Part shown: positions 48,434 through 58,488 of the stretch, in pieces
Layout: each line of letters starts with the position of its first letter
Position numbering within the stretch: the first letter of the stretch is position 1
Assembly (NCBI GenBank): GCA_028710275.1
Contig: JAQTUL010000002.1
Location: forward strand, 12,855 to 76,854
Direction: 5' to 3'
DNA from: Candidatus Colwellbacteria bacterium
Lineage (GTDB): Bacteria; Patescibacteriota; Minisyncoccia; UBA6257; Colwellbacteraceae
Length of the DNA: 64,000 bases
Made by a program: the position numbers and the translations under genes
The notes under the pieces: model-generated
Told to the model about the DNA's origin: nothing
Database searches by the model: none
Seen by the model: the letters and a program-made list of their open reading frames with translations, nothing else

Positions 48434-49507
48434 ATGGCTCTCACAACCGCATCTATCAAGAGTAGCATCGTTGAGCTCAGCAAACTTCTCGCTGGGAAGA
48501 GTTTCTCGGTCTCTGAGATTCAGGAGAAATGGAACTCTCTGGTCGGAGAGAAACTGAAGATCAAGCAAATAGAGATCGAAATCGAGAGTGACGATGAGAC
48601 TGAAGAACAAAAACAACCACTTACGACAATCCCAATTACTGCGAAACCAACTTCCGTAATCAAGACGTGTTTCGCTGCGGGAGATAAAGTCAAGATGATC
48701 TTCAAGAAGGGATACTATGCTGCTGTGATTGGTAAGTTGAATCTCAAACACTACACCGTGTGGACATGCAAGAATTCTCTTTCACCGACCGCTGTGATCT
48801 ACAAGTATACCTGTCCGATCAATCTTCTGAGATACACATCTGAGGAGGAGGGTATGAGTGAACCTTGGAATTTCCATCATCGCCTGACTGGAGAACACAT
48901 TCCCGGGAGAAAGACTCATGCGGTCGTAAAGACTGGATATTCCGTGTCGGTACCCAAGTGTCTCTCGATGAGTAGCGGAATTGCTTATACGAGCACTATG
49001 TTTCGCGACGGAAAGAATATCGGAACTATTCAGAATGGAGGAACAGGAGGTCCAACGTATGTCAATCTGTATGGTGAAGAGAAGACCCTGTGGACTAGTT
49101 GGTTGAAAGCGAAGGGACACACCGAAGAGGATGGTCTTGAGAAGTTGATCTCTACTGCTGAGAATGGAGAAGTAAAAAAGACTGAGGAACCGTCTAAGAT
49201 CGGGTACGATTCGATTGGAAATCTACATGACTATGTCAAGAAGTGGGTGAAGGAGAGATACGCACGTGGATACACCACCGTCTCTGCAAAGAACAGCAAC
49301 GAGATTCTTGTGGAGTTGGAGGATCTGCGGCACGGAGATCATAAAAAGATGGTTCTAAAGGCGTCAGGTCCGGTTGGAGATCTGGTGAAGAGGATTCAAC
49401 AGGCCCTTCCTCGAGTGTACGGAAGAACTCCGGGATTGACTGATGATTTCGACTACACACATCCGATCATCATCAAGGGTGATATGAATCAGAACATCGA
49501 TGTGTAA
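48434..49507 (+). CDS. hypothetical protein
   Basis: 357 aa. ATG verified. Confidence 0.5.
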   Translation: MALTTASIKSSIVELSKLLAGKSFSVSEIQEKWNSLVGEKLKIKQIEIEIESDDETEEQKQPLTTIPITAKPTSVIKTCFAAGDKVKMIFKKGYYAAVIGKLNLKHYTVWTCKNSLSPTAVIYKYTCPINLLRYTSEEEGMSEPWNFHHRLTGEHIPGRKTHAVVKTGYSVSVPKCLSMSSGIAYTSTMFRDGKNIGTIQNGGTGGPTYVNLYGEEKTLWTSWLKAKGHTEEDGLEKLISTAENGEVKKTEEPSKIGYDSIGNLHDYVKKWVKERYARGYTTVSAKNSNEILVELEDLRHGDHKKMVLKASGPVGDLVKRIQQALPRVYGRTPGLTDDFDYTHPIIIKGDMNQNIDV

Positions 49508-49568
49508 AACAAAGAATAAAAACGAATTTCAATACTCAACTTAGAATATCAACCAACCGAGTATCGAA

Positions 49569-50252
49569 ATGTCCTCACCCGCACAAACTCCCACTTTAGA
49601 GGATCTCACTAGATTGCTTTCCGATGAAAGTCCAATGTATGTAAAGTACAACAATCAGAAACTCTATATCAACAACATCGTATCGATGCCCACTGTCGCT
49701 CAGGTATATGAACCGAAAACCGGATTGTTGACCAGAGACTATAGAAGTCAAGATGATGTTCTAAAGGAGATTGTGAGCAACAAGACTAAGGATCCCACAT
49801 CAGAGATCGAAGTGTCGTTGTCTCTTCTTCATTTTCCAGAGGGGACATCGATCGATCCGTATGATCATCTCGATGAGGATCTGTATCAACCCATAAAATT
49901 TCCTGTTGATAAACACAAGGAGATTATGAAATATAAGACGGATTACGATACCATCTCCAAGTTCTCTCAGAAGGCTAATACCCATGTACTTCTCACTACC
50001 GACTCGAGAGGGGATGGTCGTATCAACGGTGGTCTTCTATCACCAGAACTACAATCGATTCGTACACATCTCTGTCGCGCGATCAACGAGATAGATAAGT
50101 ATTATCAATATCACGAGGGTTTTAAGATTGATCTAGAATTTCCATCTGAACTCTCGTTTATGTCACGTCTCAATTGGTATGTGGATATTCACAATTACGA
50201 CGAAACGACTGGAAACTACTGTCCTTACCTTCGTATTATGACGAAGTTCTAA
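49569..50252 (+). CDS. hypothetical protein
   Basis: 227 aa. ATG verified. Confidence 0.5.
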   Translation: MSSPAQTPTLEDLTRLLSDESPMYVKYNNQKLYINNIVSMPTVAQVYEPKTGLLTRDYRSQDDVLKEIVSNKTKDPTSEIEVSLSLLHFPEGTSIDPYDHLDEDLYQPIKFPVDKHKEIMKYKTDYDTISKFSQKANTHVLLTTDSRGDGRINGGLLSPELQSIRTHLCRAINEIDKYYQYHEGFKIDLEFPSELSFMSRLNWYVDIHNYDETTGNYCPYLRIMTKF

Positions 50253-50265
50253 CGATTCAAAAATG

Positions 50266-50291
50266 ATTTCTAATTTGATCAAATTAGAAAT
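50266..50291. terminator. 26 bp perfect palindrome ATTTCTAATTTGATCAAATTAGAAAT after the 49569-50252 stop
   Basis: Perfect dyad with no loop. Confidence 0.45.
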
Positions 50292-50323
50292 AACAATCAG
50301 CTCATTCCAACTTTTCAACTAGA

Positions 50324-50833
50324 ATGACTATCTACACTGTCATCACCGTGTTCGGAATTCAGATCGACAAGATCGCTCTTCTAAAGATTATCATTGCTAA
50401 CGAACAATGGCGACAGGAGATTAAAGACCGCGCTGTATCACACAAAGATGACGTCATCTTTCCAACGATTGAGGAGATTGAGGAGTATGAGAAACAACCT
50501 AATCTTAAGGAAGAAGAGAGGAATGAGAATCTCTCTTCATCGGTTGATGAGTTTTTCGACACATTTATTATCAACGAGTCGTTTTGTAATCTCACTCCAT
50601 ACTTCTTCAAGGGACAACGACATGAACATAATGAATCGACACTTGTTTTCGGTGTTGAGCTTTTCGAATCGATGGTCGAAGGACCCGGATCGTCATGTAC
50701 ATTCTCTATAGAGGATTTCAACGTGTATCAGAAGAAGATTTCGGATTGTAAGGGGGCAATCGAAACTTTGATCGGTAAACACGAAGAGTTTGAGATGTTT
50801 GCAGTTGCTAACGATTGTCAGTGTTGTTCGTAA
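50324..50833 (+). CDS. hypothetical protein
   Basis: 169 aa. ATG verified. Confidence 0.45.
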   Translation: MTIYTVITVFGIQIDKIALLKIIIANEQWRQEIKDRAVSHKDDVIFPTIEEIEEYEKQPNLKEEERNENLSSSVDEFFDTFIINESFCNLTPYFFKGQRHEHNESTLVFGVELFESMVEGPGSSCTFSIEDFNVYQKKISDCKGAIETLIGKHEEFEMFAVANDCQCCS

Positions 50834-50904
50834 AATGTCAATAAAAGTGATTTTTCGTGTATTTAAGACTACTCAGCAACCATACCTCTTCATCACTAAT
50901 CAAC

Positions 50905-51366
50905 ATGAGTTCTCGAGACGATTTCATCCGTATTAAAAAGTTTAGTGAATTGAAAACTCATCCGGATATCAACAAGATTGTTCATTGGAGTGAATTTGTC
51001 GAGGCACTAAACAAAGGGAACCCGAAATTTCACTCGTGGTTTGACACGAAAGAGAATTCTAAACAAGATGAGATGATACGCTGTGGAGGATGTGGACATG
51101 AATTTTGTCTCGATGCGAAGACCCCGACAATAATTCCGGTATGTTTTCTCTACAAGTATTGGAAGTGTGACGGTCGTAAATCAAATGAGAATCTCTGTAC
51201 CGCATGTTTTTACGCGATACAAAACCCTCAATGGAATAAAAAAGTAATATCTAATGACTTGTCTTACAAAGGTGAGATGGTGATGAATGAAAGTGGAACA
51301 TGGGAATGGGCTGATCGTCGCGATTGTGGCTGTGACGCATGTGAACGTCGAAAAGAGGAGTTCTAA
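50905..51366 (+). CDS. hypothetical Cys-rich zinc-finger protein
   Basis: The track start 50857 is GTG and the ATG is at 50905. CGGCGHEFC ... WKCDG ... CTAC ... CGCDAC. Confidence 0.45.
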   Translation: MSSRDDFIRIKKFSELKTHPDINKIVHWSEFVEALNKGNPKFHSWFDTKENSKQDEMIRCGGCGHEFCLDAKTPTIIPVCFLYKYWKCDGRKSNENLCTACFYAIQNPQWNKKVISNDLSYKGEMVMNESGTWEWADRRDCGCDACERRKEEF

Positions 51367-51392
51367 AAGGGTGATGTTATGAAGGAATAAGT

Positions 51393-51425
51393 TTACTAAT
51401 AGAGATAAAGAATCTCTATTAGTAA
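51393..51425. terminator. hairpin TTACTAATAGAGAT-aaaga-ATCTCTATTAGTAA between 50905-51366 and 51433
   Basis: Perfect 14 bp arms. Confidence 0.45.
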
Positions 51426-51432
51426 TTAAGAC

Positions 51433-52107
51433 ATGAAGGGGTTATCGATAGATATCGGGGTGCATAATATGGCCTTCTACATAGAGGAGTTTGATCAATC
51501 AAAAATTAAATCTCTTAACTGTCCCAAGACCCAACGATATGATGATAATGGAGCGGCAACTGAGAAATTTAAAACTCAGGTACTGAAACATGTGTACACG
51601 AATGGAAAGAATGTGTTTCTTGATAAAGCTGATCTATCACAAGAGAAGGGAGTGGCTTTTGATGTTCATCTATTTATAAATTTAACATCATATCTGGATA
51701 GTCATATCAAAGAGTTTGATGACTGTTCATTCGTTATCATCGAACAACAGTTGAAGACCAATCCGATGGCGCAACGACTAGAACAGCATTGTGTGTCTTG
51801 GTTCACATTTACTTATCTCGATACAAAAGAGATTGTTATCTTCCCATCAAAGAACAAAACACGTGTTCTCGGCGCTCCGAAAAAGGTACCTCATCGAAAG
51901 ACGGGGAAACCATCGAAGATGACCAAATCTCAAAGAAAGAAGTGGGCGTGTGACGAGGCATCTAAAATACTTACCCTAAGAGATGATATGGTATCAATGA
52001 AACATATCTTTGTTACCAATAAAAAAAAATCAGACGATCTGAGTGATGTAATTTCAATGATGCAAGCCTTTAAAATTAAATGTTTTATTGATGGGGTATT
52101 AAAGTGA
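51433..52107 (+). CDS. poxvirus A22-like RuvC-family Holliday junction resolvase
   Basis: N-terminus LSIDIGVHNMAF (as in A22 ICAFDIGAKNPA). Second acidic block FVIIEQQ. C-terminus DDLSDVISMMQAF (as in A22 DDVADSFNLAM). Confidence 0.65.
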   Translation: MKGLSIDIGVHNMAFYIEEFDQSKIKSLNCPKTQRYDDNGAATEKFKTQVLKHVYTNGKNVFLDKADLSQEKGVAFDVHLFINLTSYLDSHIKEFDDCSFVIIEQQLKTNPMAQRLEQHCVSWFTFTYLDTKEIVIFPSKNKTRVLGAPKKVPHRKTGKPSKMTKSQRKKWACDEASKILTLRDDMVSMKHIFVTNKKKSDDLSDVISMMQAFKIKCFIDGVLK

Positions 52108-52160
52108 TATCATTATATCATCTATCTCTAAAGGTCCTATCAAAAATGATAACAACCTAA

Positions 52161-52201
52161 TTAGCCATATCGATTATCACAGTGATAATCGATATGGCTA
52201 A
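52161..52201. terminator. 41 bp perfect palindrome TTAGCCATATCGATTATCAC-a-GTGATAATCGATATGGCTAA after the resolvase gene; overlaps the start codon of the next gene
   Basis: 20 bp arms, the longest dyad in the window. Confidence 0.5.
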
Positions 52202-53222
52202 TGCAATCCCGCGACAGGATTCATACTCTTTTCTGGACACGATAAACCCATCGGTCTTTCGTCACTTAACAAAGAACGTAGTGGATCTAAGAGTATGGAA
52301 TACATCATTCCCTTTAACGATTATGAGTCATAACAAGAGACGTGAGTGTAGATACGGAAAGGAATGTAAGAAGAAGGATAAGTGTATTTTCAGACATGAT
52401 CCGAACTACTGTCTCAATTTCTTTCTCTATGAAAAGTGTGATTGTATTAATAAGAACAATGGATATCATATCACCGAAAAAATGTTCACTATAGTCGCAT
52501 CCAATACTCTGGAATCTCTCATACAGATAAAGCAGACACGTCTGGAAGAGAAAGTAAAAAAGGATGAGATTGAACGACAGAGACAATTAAGAGATGCAGA
52601 GATTCAAAGAAAGATGTATGAGGAGCAAATGAAGAAGTGGGAACAAGAGTATGAAAGACAACGTAAAAAAGATGAAAAACGACAAGAAGAGTTGGATCGT
52701 AAACGGAAAGAGAAACAGAGAGCGGAACTGAAGAAACAAGATGATGAGAGGAAAATTAAAATTAAGAATATTACGGAACCCGATTATGTCGATCTCTCTG
52801 ATCCAAGTGAGTTTTACGATGAGTTTCCCTTCACAGAGAAATATATCGTAAACATGATCGTCGATTATATGAAGTCGAATGTCACTCTTCCCAATTTTCT
52901 AAACACTTGTGGATGTGAGAGTGTAGGATACGCAAGTGCGGGATACAATTCCTACTCTGTAAAATATACCACATTCACTCGTATGTTTGGTAACACTTAT
53001 AAAAATATCTGTACAGTATGTTTCAAGGATCTAGTCATTCTTCACGTAGACTACTTCGCTTCACAAATAGAATTCCCTTTTGGTGGATGGTTTCTCAATG
53101 AGATACAACAACTGAGTCACAAAGATAAGAAAGGATATGAGATATACAAGACTCAATGGACTGACCTCTTAGAATTGACAGATCTGATCAGACGAAGGAG
53201 AAAGGAGATAAAAGAGACCTAA
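52194..53222 (+). CDS. hypothetical protein with K/E/R-rich coiled-coil segment
   Basis: The track start 52182 is GTG and the ATG is at 52194, inside the right arm of a 41 bp perfect palindrome. Confidence 0.5.
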   Translation: MANAIPRQDSYSFLDTINPSVFRHLTKNVVDLRVWNTSFPLTIMSHNKRRECRYGKECKKKDKCIFRHDPNYCLNFFLYEKCDCINKNNGYHITEKMFTIVASNTLESLIQIKQTRLEEKVKKDEIERQRQLRDAEIQRKMYEEQMKKWEQEYERQRKKDEKRQEELDRKRKEKQRAELKKQDDERKIKIKNITEPDYVDLSDPSEFYDEFPFTEKYIVNMIVDYMKSNVTLPNFLNTCGCESVGYASAGYNSYSVKYTTFTRMFGNTYKNICTVCFKDLVILHVDYFASQIEFPFGGWFLNEIQQLSHKDKKGYEIYKTQWTDLLELTDLIRRRRKEIKET

Positions 53223-53418
53223 AGATATAATATACTTATATGGGCGCGCGAATGGTTTCGACTTGGTTCTTATACAGCTGACGGAGGGGTCCAATTCCCC
53301 TCGTGCCTATACACTAAAATTATTTTATCGTATGAATACGATAAAATATCTTCAATAAAAATGAATATGCCGACTGTTCTAGAGGAAATTCTACCACTCA
53401 TCGTCTCTTCCGTAAAAG

Positions 53419-56400
53419 ATGTCGATCGAATTTGAAAACGATTCTGAAGATGATATCGAATTGGATGTTGCAGTTACCGGTGCAAGAGTAGGAGATGTGA
53501 TTATCGGTCAGCAGAAGTGTACGATGAAAGCGATGCTTCGTGTGTATACATCTCCTATTTTCCCGATGAAGAAGTATCTGGATGAATTACGAGATGATGA
53601 TGAAAAGTGGGAGAGATTTCTCGCGAAGCTCTCGTCACTCTCATTCTTCGCAAACATGACTCGGGATGAGCGTGAAGAGTGGATGGATGAGAATGAGACA
53701 ACTGTAGAGTTTATTGGGGACGACCGTGAGGGAGGCGAGAAGAGTGGAAAAAGAAAAGAAACGCATATCGAGATTCTGGATGTAGGAACTTCGACATTGA
53801 CCTCTCAAGTGGAGTCAGAGGATCTGGAGGTACTCATGGAGGGTAAGGAAGAGGGATTCTATTCGGTTGAGGAGATTGAATCTCGATTCCCGAGAAAGCC
53901 GGGAAGTAATGCGCGAAAACATACTCTCTTCTTTATGAAACAGTTTTGGGTTGTGGTGACAGATTACAAGATCGTTACGTCGTTCGATGGAGTTGTATTC
54001 GATATCGAAAATGGAGAGATCAAGTCGAACTGTGAAACAGAGGATGGAAAGGAGTTGATTGTTATTGACGGAATCACAAAGCAGTACACGTTCGGAAAGA
54101 AAGATGAATGGGTGAAAAAGTCAGAACAAAAACTCGCGTTTCTCGTTTCGAAAGAGAGATTCGATCTCTCAAAGATAGATGAGATTGTAAAGGAGACATA
54201 TAAGGAGTTGTCAGACGTCGATGGCGATATGAATGATACGATCCGGAAAATTAGAACAGACTTGAGAGAATACACAGCCGGGTCGTTCAAATCTCTTATG
54301 CAGAAGATCATTCGATTCGGTCCGGATAAGGTATCACTTCTGGATGGAGAGATTGTGGATGGAGGAATAGTCATTCTCGTTGTTGTTGCGATGCTCGCAC
54401 AGAATCCAGGATCATTCGTTCCTGATATTCAGAGATATGTTACAGGACTTGAGTCTGTAGCAAAACGATTGGGGATCATCTGTGGATTCGAAGACTCGTA
54501 TACACCTCCGGAACGAGTGAATGAATTGGTGTCGTTGTTCTCTGGCGCACTTCTTGCTCAGAGAGTAAGATCATGGAAACCGAATAGACAAACTCTAAAA
54601 CTCTGGATGACAACTGCGTATAAATCGCTCAATGAGCGGAGAGCTATCGATTACGAGAAGGAGTCATCTAATCTCTCAATTACAGACTGGTGGACTCTAT
54701 GTCATAAGAAGGGATTGGATATGAAACCGTACGCTATCTCGGAGAAGTTGAGTCCGATAAAAACGTGTAGCGCGATTCTAGATACTCTTAGGTCGTTCGA
54801 GGGAGATATTGGAATGGCTCGACATATTGCATCAGTTTATCCGAAGTGTGAACTTATAGAATGTGATAGAACACATGAGGTTGTGATGCCTCTGTGTCAC
54901 GGAACAGATCAACATTGGGCTGCAGGGTTCATCTACTTCTTCACTCCGAAAACTATTCTTCAGAATAAAGGAGAATCCTCACCGTTCGATAAGATATTCA
55001 CTCGTGTGTTTCAGGAGGTGACCGGATTCAATCCTCGAAGAGATGAGATTGGAGAAGACTTTGAAGATGATGAATTTGTGAAGGAGACGCGGAGATCGCA
55101 GATGTTGTATCTAGTAGCAAAACAGAACAAACAGACAAAGAGAAAAATCCTCAAACGAGAACATTACAAGAGTAGCTATCAGTTGAACGATTCATGGTTG
55201 GCTGGAATGGTTAGTGCTATAGAGATTCCAGGAAGTCCGGCAACTATTGTGACTCTTCGTCCAGAGAATATCTATCAGCTTATCGCAATCAGAAAGCCGT
55301 CTCGTAATATGGCAGAGAACATCACTCCCGAAAGAGAGGAGTACTCGAAGAAGACTGCAAAGGAGATGTTGAAGAATGGAATAAAACTAAAGGGAACACA
55401 TCCTCCATCGGAATTTTTTAAAGGTGCATCAGTCAAACTAGTTGATGATGAGTATATTATCATTTCAGCAGATGGTATTTCGATGACATGGGAGGATGCA
55501 AGAGATATCGATATCTCTCTTCCATATCACAATGCTGTAGATAAGAATATAGAGAATTCTATTTCTCAGTGGGGAGAAGGTATTGAGATCAATGCGTTTG
55601 AGAAACTTGATAAGCTCATTGCAAAAACCAACACAAAGGTAATGTACCGTGTCCTTTCGTATATCGCAAACTATAAGAAGGAGTTTGAGATGAATAGAGT
55701 TAGTCGAGATGGAAACGGAACTTATCAGAGTGTCAGTCTTAATGATGTTCGTGCTTATCAGTTCATTCTCACTCTGAGTCAACTCTTTCCTGCAGCATTA
55801 CGACCGGTTGAAAAATCGCCTCAGAAATTCCTAGTTCCAGTTGGACCATTACTGTGGAACATTGTTACAAAGATCAAGGGATTCTTGTGTAAGCCGGAGG
55901 ACGATGATGGATGGGATGAAGTAGAGATTAAGGATTCCTTAGAGAGAGTTGAGTGGACTCATCAGAAGGAGACTACAGAGGAGATGATCAGGAACTTCAA
56001 GTCGGGAACGAAAGGAAACTTCTTATGGCTGCGCGTCGGGCTTGGGAAGTGCCTCCACCCAGATACTAAAGTTTTGTTATGGGATGGGTCCATGAAACGC
56101 GCGGAAGATGTACAAGTGGGTGACAGACTTATAGGGGACGACAATACGTATAGAAATGTACTGACTACATGTACCGGTGAAGAGGAAATGTTTGAAATTT
56201 CACAAATCAAAGGTGATTCTTATAAAGTAAACAGATCTCATATTCTGTCTCTGAAGTTTTCAGGACATAAAGGATATTATTGGAGTGAGTCTTATCATAG
56301 ATATTCTGTCACTTGGTTGGATAAAGAGGAGGTGAAACGAAAAACTAAAATCTTTACGGTTAGCCAGGTATATAAAACGAAAGAGATTGCTTATGATACA

Positions 56401-58389
56401 ATGATGCAATTTCGATCTACAATTCCAGACGATGATATTATCGATATCTCTGTAAACGATTATCTCTCTCTTCCTCAAAATTTTAAGAATGAATTGAAAG
56501 GTTTTAAGGTAGGGGTTGATTTCCCTTCACAAATTGTTTTTATGGATCCTTATTTATTGGGAGTATGGCTTGGTGATGGATACTCAAATGGATCCGGATT
56601 TACTAACATAGATGAAGATTGTATTAATTCTTTCGTGAAAGAAATAGAATCTATGGGGTGTCATATCTATAGAAAAAAATCAAAGGGAGAAGATACAATT
56701 TCCTATGCTGTACGAGGTATTTATGAAAATAAAAAGAGAAAGAGAAACCATTTTCTGGATATTATAAGATACTATGGAATGTATAAAAATAAACATATCC
56801 CTAAGGACTTTTTAATTAATGATAGAGAAATTAGATTGCAGGTTTTGGCTGGATTGATAGATACTGATGGATATTATAACGATGGATGTTATGAGATAAT
56901 ACAAAAAAGAAAAGAGTTATCGGATAACATTTTGTACTTGGTTAGATCATTAGGATTTAACGCTACACAAAAAGAGGTTCAAAAAACATGTACAAATTCT
57001 ATACATGGAAGAATAACAGGTACTTATCATAGGTGTATATTCAGTGGAGAAGGAATAGATCTTATTCCTTGTAAAATTGAAAGGAAAAGAGCACCTGAAA
57101 GAATGCAGGTGAAAGATGCATTGAGTACAGGAGTTACAGTTAAGAGTATAGGGAATGGTAAATATTGTGGATTTACTATCGACGGAAATAGTAGATTTCT
57201 TCTTGGAGATTTCACGGTGACTCATAATACCTTAATCGTAATGAACTTTCTCTCGTGGTTGAAAAGTATGAAAAAACTCTCAAAGTATATTCTCTACACA
57301 CTCCCACCGTCCGCGATTGAGAGTGTTGTACATGAGATTCAGGCGTTTGGATTAGAGATCAACTATATCATTCCGCTGAAGAGTATCAAAGGTAAGAAGA
57401 TTCCGAAAGGAGTAACGGTTACTCAGGAATGTGTTCTCGTTCCGTATGCGGTGAATATCATTGCACACGACCATTTGCGGCGATGTAGCGACGAACTTCT
57501 CAGTTATGCAAGCGAGTGTACATTCCTGGTCGATGAGGTTCATAAGGGATTGAATGAGACAAAGAGAACTAGTACCCTTCTCGATATTGCTCGTCTTTCA
57601 AGAATATTTGTAGCCTTTACAGGAACACCAGTGATCGACAACAAGATCTATAAACTCATCTGGTGGTTGGAACAGATTGTTGAGTTTGAGGTCAATCTCG
57701 GAAACTTCTGGGTGAGTGCAAATTCGATGGTTGCGAGAAAGATCTCGACAGGCGTGAGAGTGATTCGAAAGGAGGTGGTAGCTAAATTCAAGGATGATGA
57801 ACTTTCCGAATACAAAAAACTTGTTCCAGTTGCAATGGGAGGAGAGAATAAGTATGCGTCGAATACAGACTTCAACGATGCGTACAAACTCTGTTGTAAC
57901 GTGACAGCGAGTAGACGAATGATTGAGGAGACAATGGCGGCGTTGGGTGAAGATAAAGGAGTCATGTTGGTCGCGCAGAATAGATCTCATCAAGATCGTT
58001 TGAAAGATATGCTTGTTGATGAGGGAGTGAAGGAGAAGGATATCTTTATCTTGACTGGAAACAATAGTATATTCTTGACGGATGAGGCTGTGAAGAAGAA
58101 GATCATTCACGATTACAAAGTTGTTATCGTTCCGATGAACAAACCTGAAGGATACACATTGACAAGACTAACAGTTATGGTAACGTGTGTCTATCCGTCT
58201 AACGAAGCAACTCGTGAACAGATCGAGGGTCGTATCAATCGTATTAGTCAGGCTGCGGAAGAGATTGAAATTATCGTGGTACACTGCGGAATTCTCACTT
58301 ATATTCTAAAGAATCATAATCAAGCAAAGAGTCTGAGTATCGCGTTGAGTGATATGGCAAAGAAACTGGAGGGTGTGAAGATTGCGTAG
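53419..58389 (+). CDS. D6/D11-like (SNF2/DExH) SF2 helicase interrupted by an intein
   Basis: The 1656 aa ORF has a Walker A split as RVGLGK|[intein]|TLIVMNF. Downstream are FLVDEVHKGLN (DExH) and QIEGRINRISQ (motif VI). The host protein is about 1263 aa without the insert. Confidence 0.75.
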   Translation: MSIEFENDSEDDIELDVAVTGARVGDVIIGQQKCTMKAMLRVYTSPIFPMKKYLDELRDDDEKWERFLAKLSSLSFFANMTRDEREEWMDENETTVEFIGDDREGGEKSGKRKETHIEILDVGTSTLTSQVESEDLEVLMEGKEEGFYSVEEIESRFPRKPGSNARKHTLFFMKQFWVVVTDYKIVTSFDGVVFDIENGEIKSNCETEDGKELIVIDGITKQYTFGKKDEWVKKSEQKLAFLVSKERFDLSKIDEIVKETYKELSDVDGDMNDTIRKIRTDLREYTAGSFKSLMQKIIRFGPDKVSLLDGEIVDGGIVILVVVAMLAQNPGSFVPDIQRYVTGLESVAKRLGIICGFEDSYTPPERVNELVSLFSGALLAQRVRSWKPNRQTLKLWMTTAYKSLNERRAIDYEKESSNLSITDWWTLCHKKGLDMKPYAISEKLSPIKTCSAILDTLRSFEGDIGMARHIASVYPKCELIECDRTHEVVMPLCHGTDQHWAAGFIYFFTPKTILQNKGESSPFDKIFTRVFQEVTGFNPRRDEIGEDFEDDEFVKETRRSQMLYLVAKQNKQTKRKILKREHYKSSYQLNDSWLAGMVSAIEIPGSPATIVTLRPENIYQLIAIRKPSRNMAENITPEREEYSKKTAKEMLKNGIKLKGTHPPSEFFKGASVKLVDDEYIIISADGISMTWEDARDIDISLPYHNAVDKNIENSISQWGEGIEINAFEKLDKLIAKTNTKVMYRVLSYIANYKKEFEMNRVSRDGNGTYQSVSLNDVRAYQFILTLSQLFPAALRPVEKSPQKFLVPVGPLLWNIVTKIKGFLCKPEDDDGWDEVEIKDSLERVEWTHQKETTEEMIRNFKSGTKGNFLWLRVGLGKCLHPDTKVLLWDGSMKRAEDVQVGDRLIGDDNTYRNVLTTCTGEEEMFEISQIKGDSYKVNRSHILSLKFSGHKGYYWSESYHRYSVTWLDKEEVKRKTKIFTVSQVYKTKEIAYDTMMQFRSTIPDDDIIDISVNDYLSLPQNFKNELKGFKVGVDFPSQIVFMDPYLLGVWLGDGYSNGSGFTNIDEDCINSFVKEIESMGCHIYRKKSKGEDTISYAVRGIYENKKRKRNHFLDIIRYYGMYKNKHIPKDFLINDREIRLQVLAGLIDTDGYYNDGCYEIIQKRKELSDNILYLVRSLGFNATQKEVQKTCTNSIHGRITGTYHRCIFSGEGIDLIPCKIERKRAPERMQVKDALSTGVTVKSIGNGKYCGFTIDGNSRFLLGDFTVTHNTLIVMNFLSWLKSMKKLSKYILYTLPPSAIESVVHEIQAFGLEINYIIPLKSIKGKKIPKGVTVTQECVLVPYAVNIIAHDHLRRCSDELLSYASECTFLVDEVHKGLNETKRTSTLLDIARLSRIFVAFTGTPVIDNKIYKLIWWLEQIVEFEVNLGNFWVSANSMVARKISTGVRVIRKEVVAKFKDDELSEYKKLVPVAMGGENKYASNTDFNDAYKLCCNVTASRRMIEETMAALGEDKGVMLVAQNRSHQDRLKDMLVDEGVKEKDIFILTGNNSIFLTDEAVKKKIIHDYKVVIVPMNKPEGYTLTRLTVMVTCVYPSNEATREQIEGRINRISQAAEEIEIIVVHCGILTYILKNHNQAKSLSIALSDMAKKLEGVKIA
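56050..57228 (+). mobile_element. intein with LAGLIDADG homing endonuclease domain inserted in helicase P-loop (GLGK|C...HN|T)
   Basis: Begins with CLHPDTKVLLWDG (Hint block A) and ends with FTVTHN followed by a +1 Thr. LAGLIDADG blocks LLGVWLGDGYSNG and LAGLIDTDGYYNDG. 393 aa. Confidence 0.8.
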
Positions 58390-58412
58390 GAGAAAAAATG
58401 AATATCTTATAC

Positions 58413-58480
58413 TTTTGAAGAGAAGAATACACCCGTACGGTACTTTCCCTTCAAAAGCTCCGGTTTGTGATTCCAATTTT
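58413..58480. repeat. inverted pair of partial dispersed repeat cores (CTTTTGAAG ... CTTCAAAAGCTCCGG) upstream of 58489
   Basis: acttttgaagagaagaatacacccgtacggtactttcccttcaaaagctccggtttgtgattccaattttt. Confidence 0.7.
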
Positions 58481-58488
58481 TTCTCGAA

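Noticed and set aside
53361-53418. Possible N-terminal extension of the 53419 helicase from the ATG at 53361
   Set aside because: Different reading frame and terminates after 24 codons.
53964-58110. Several minus-strand ORFs inside the 53419-58389 helicase gene (53964-54374, 57598-58110 and others)
   Set aside because: Fully embedded in a gene with strong motif support. Compositionally biased.
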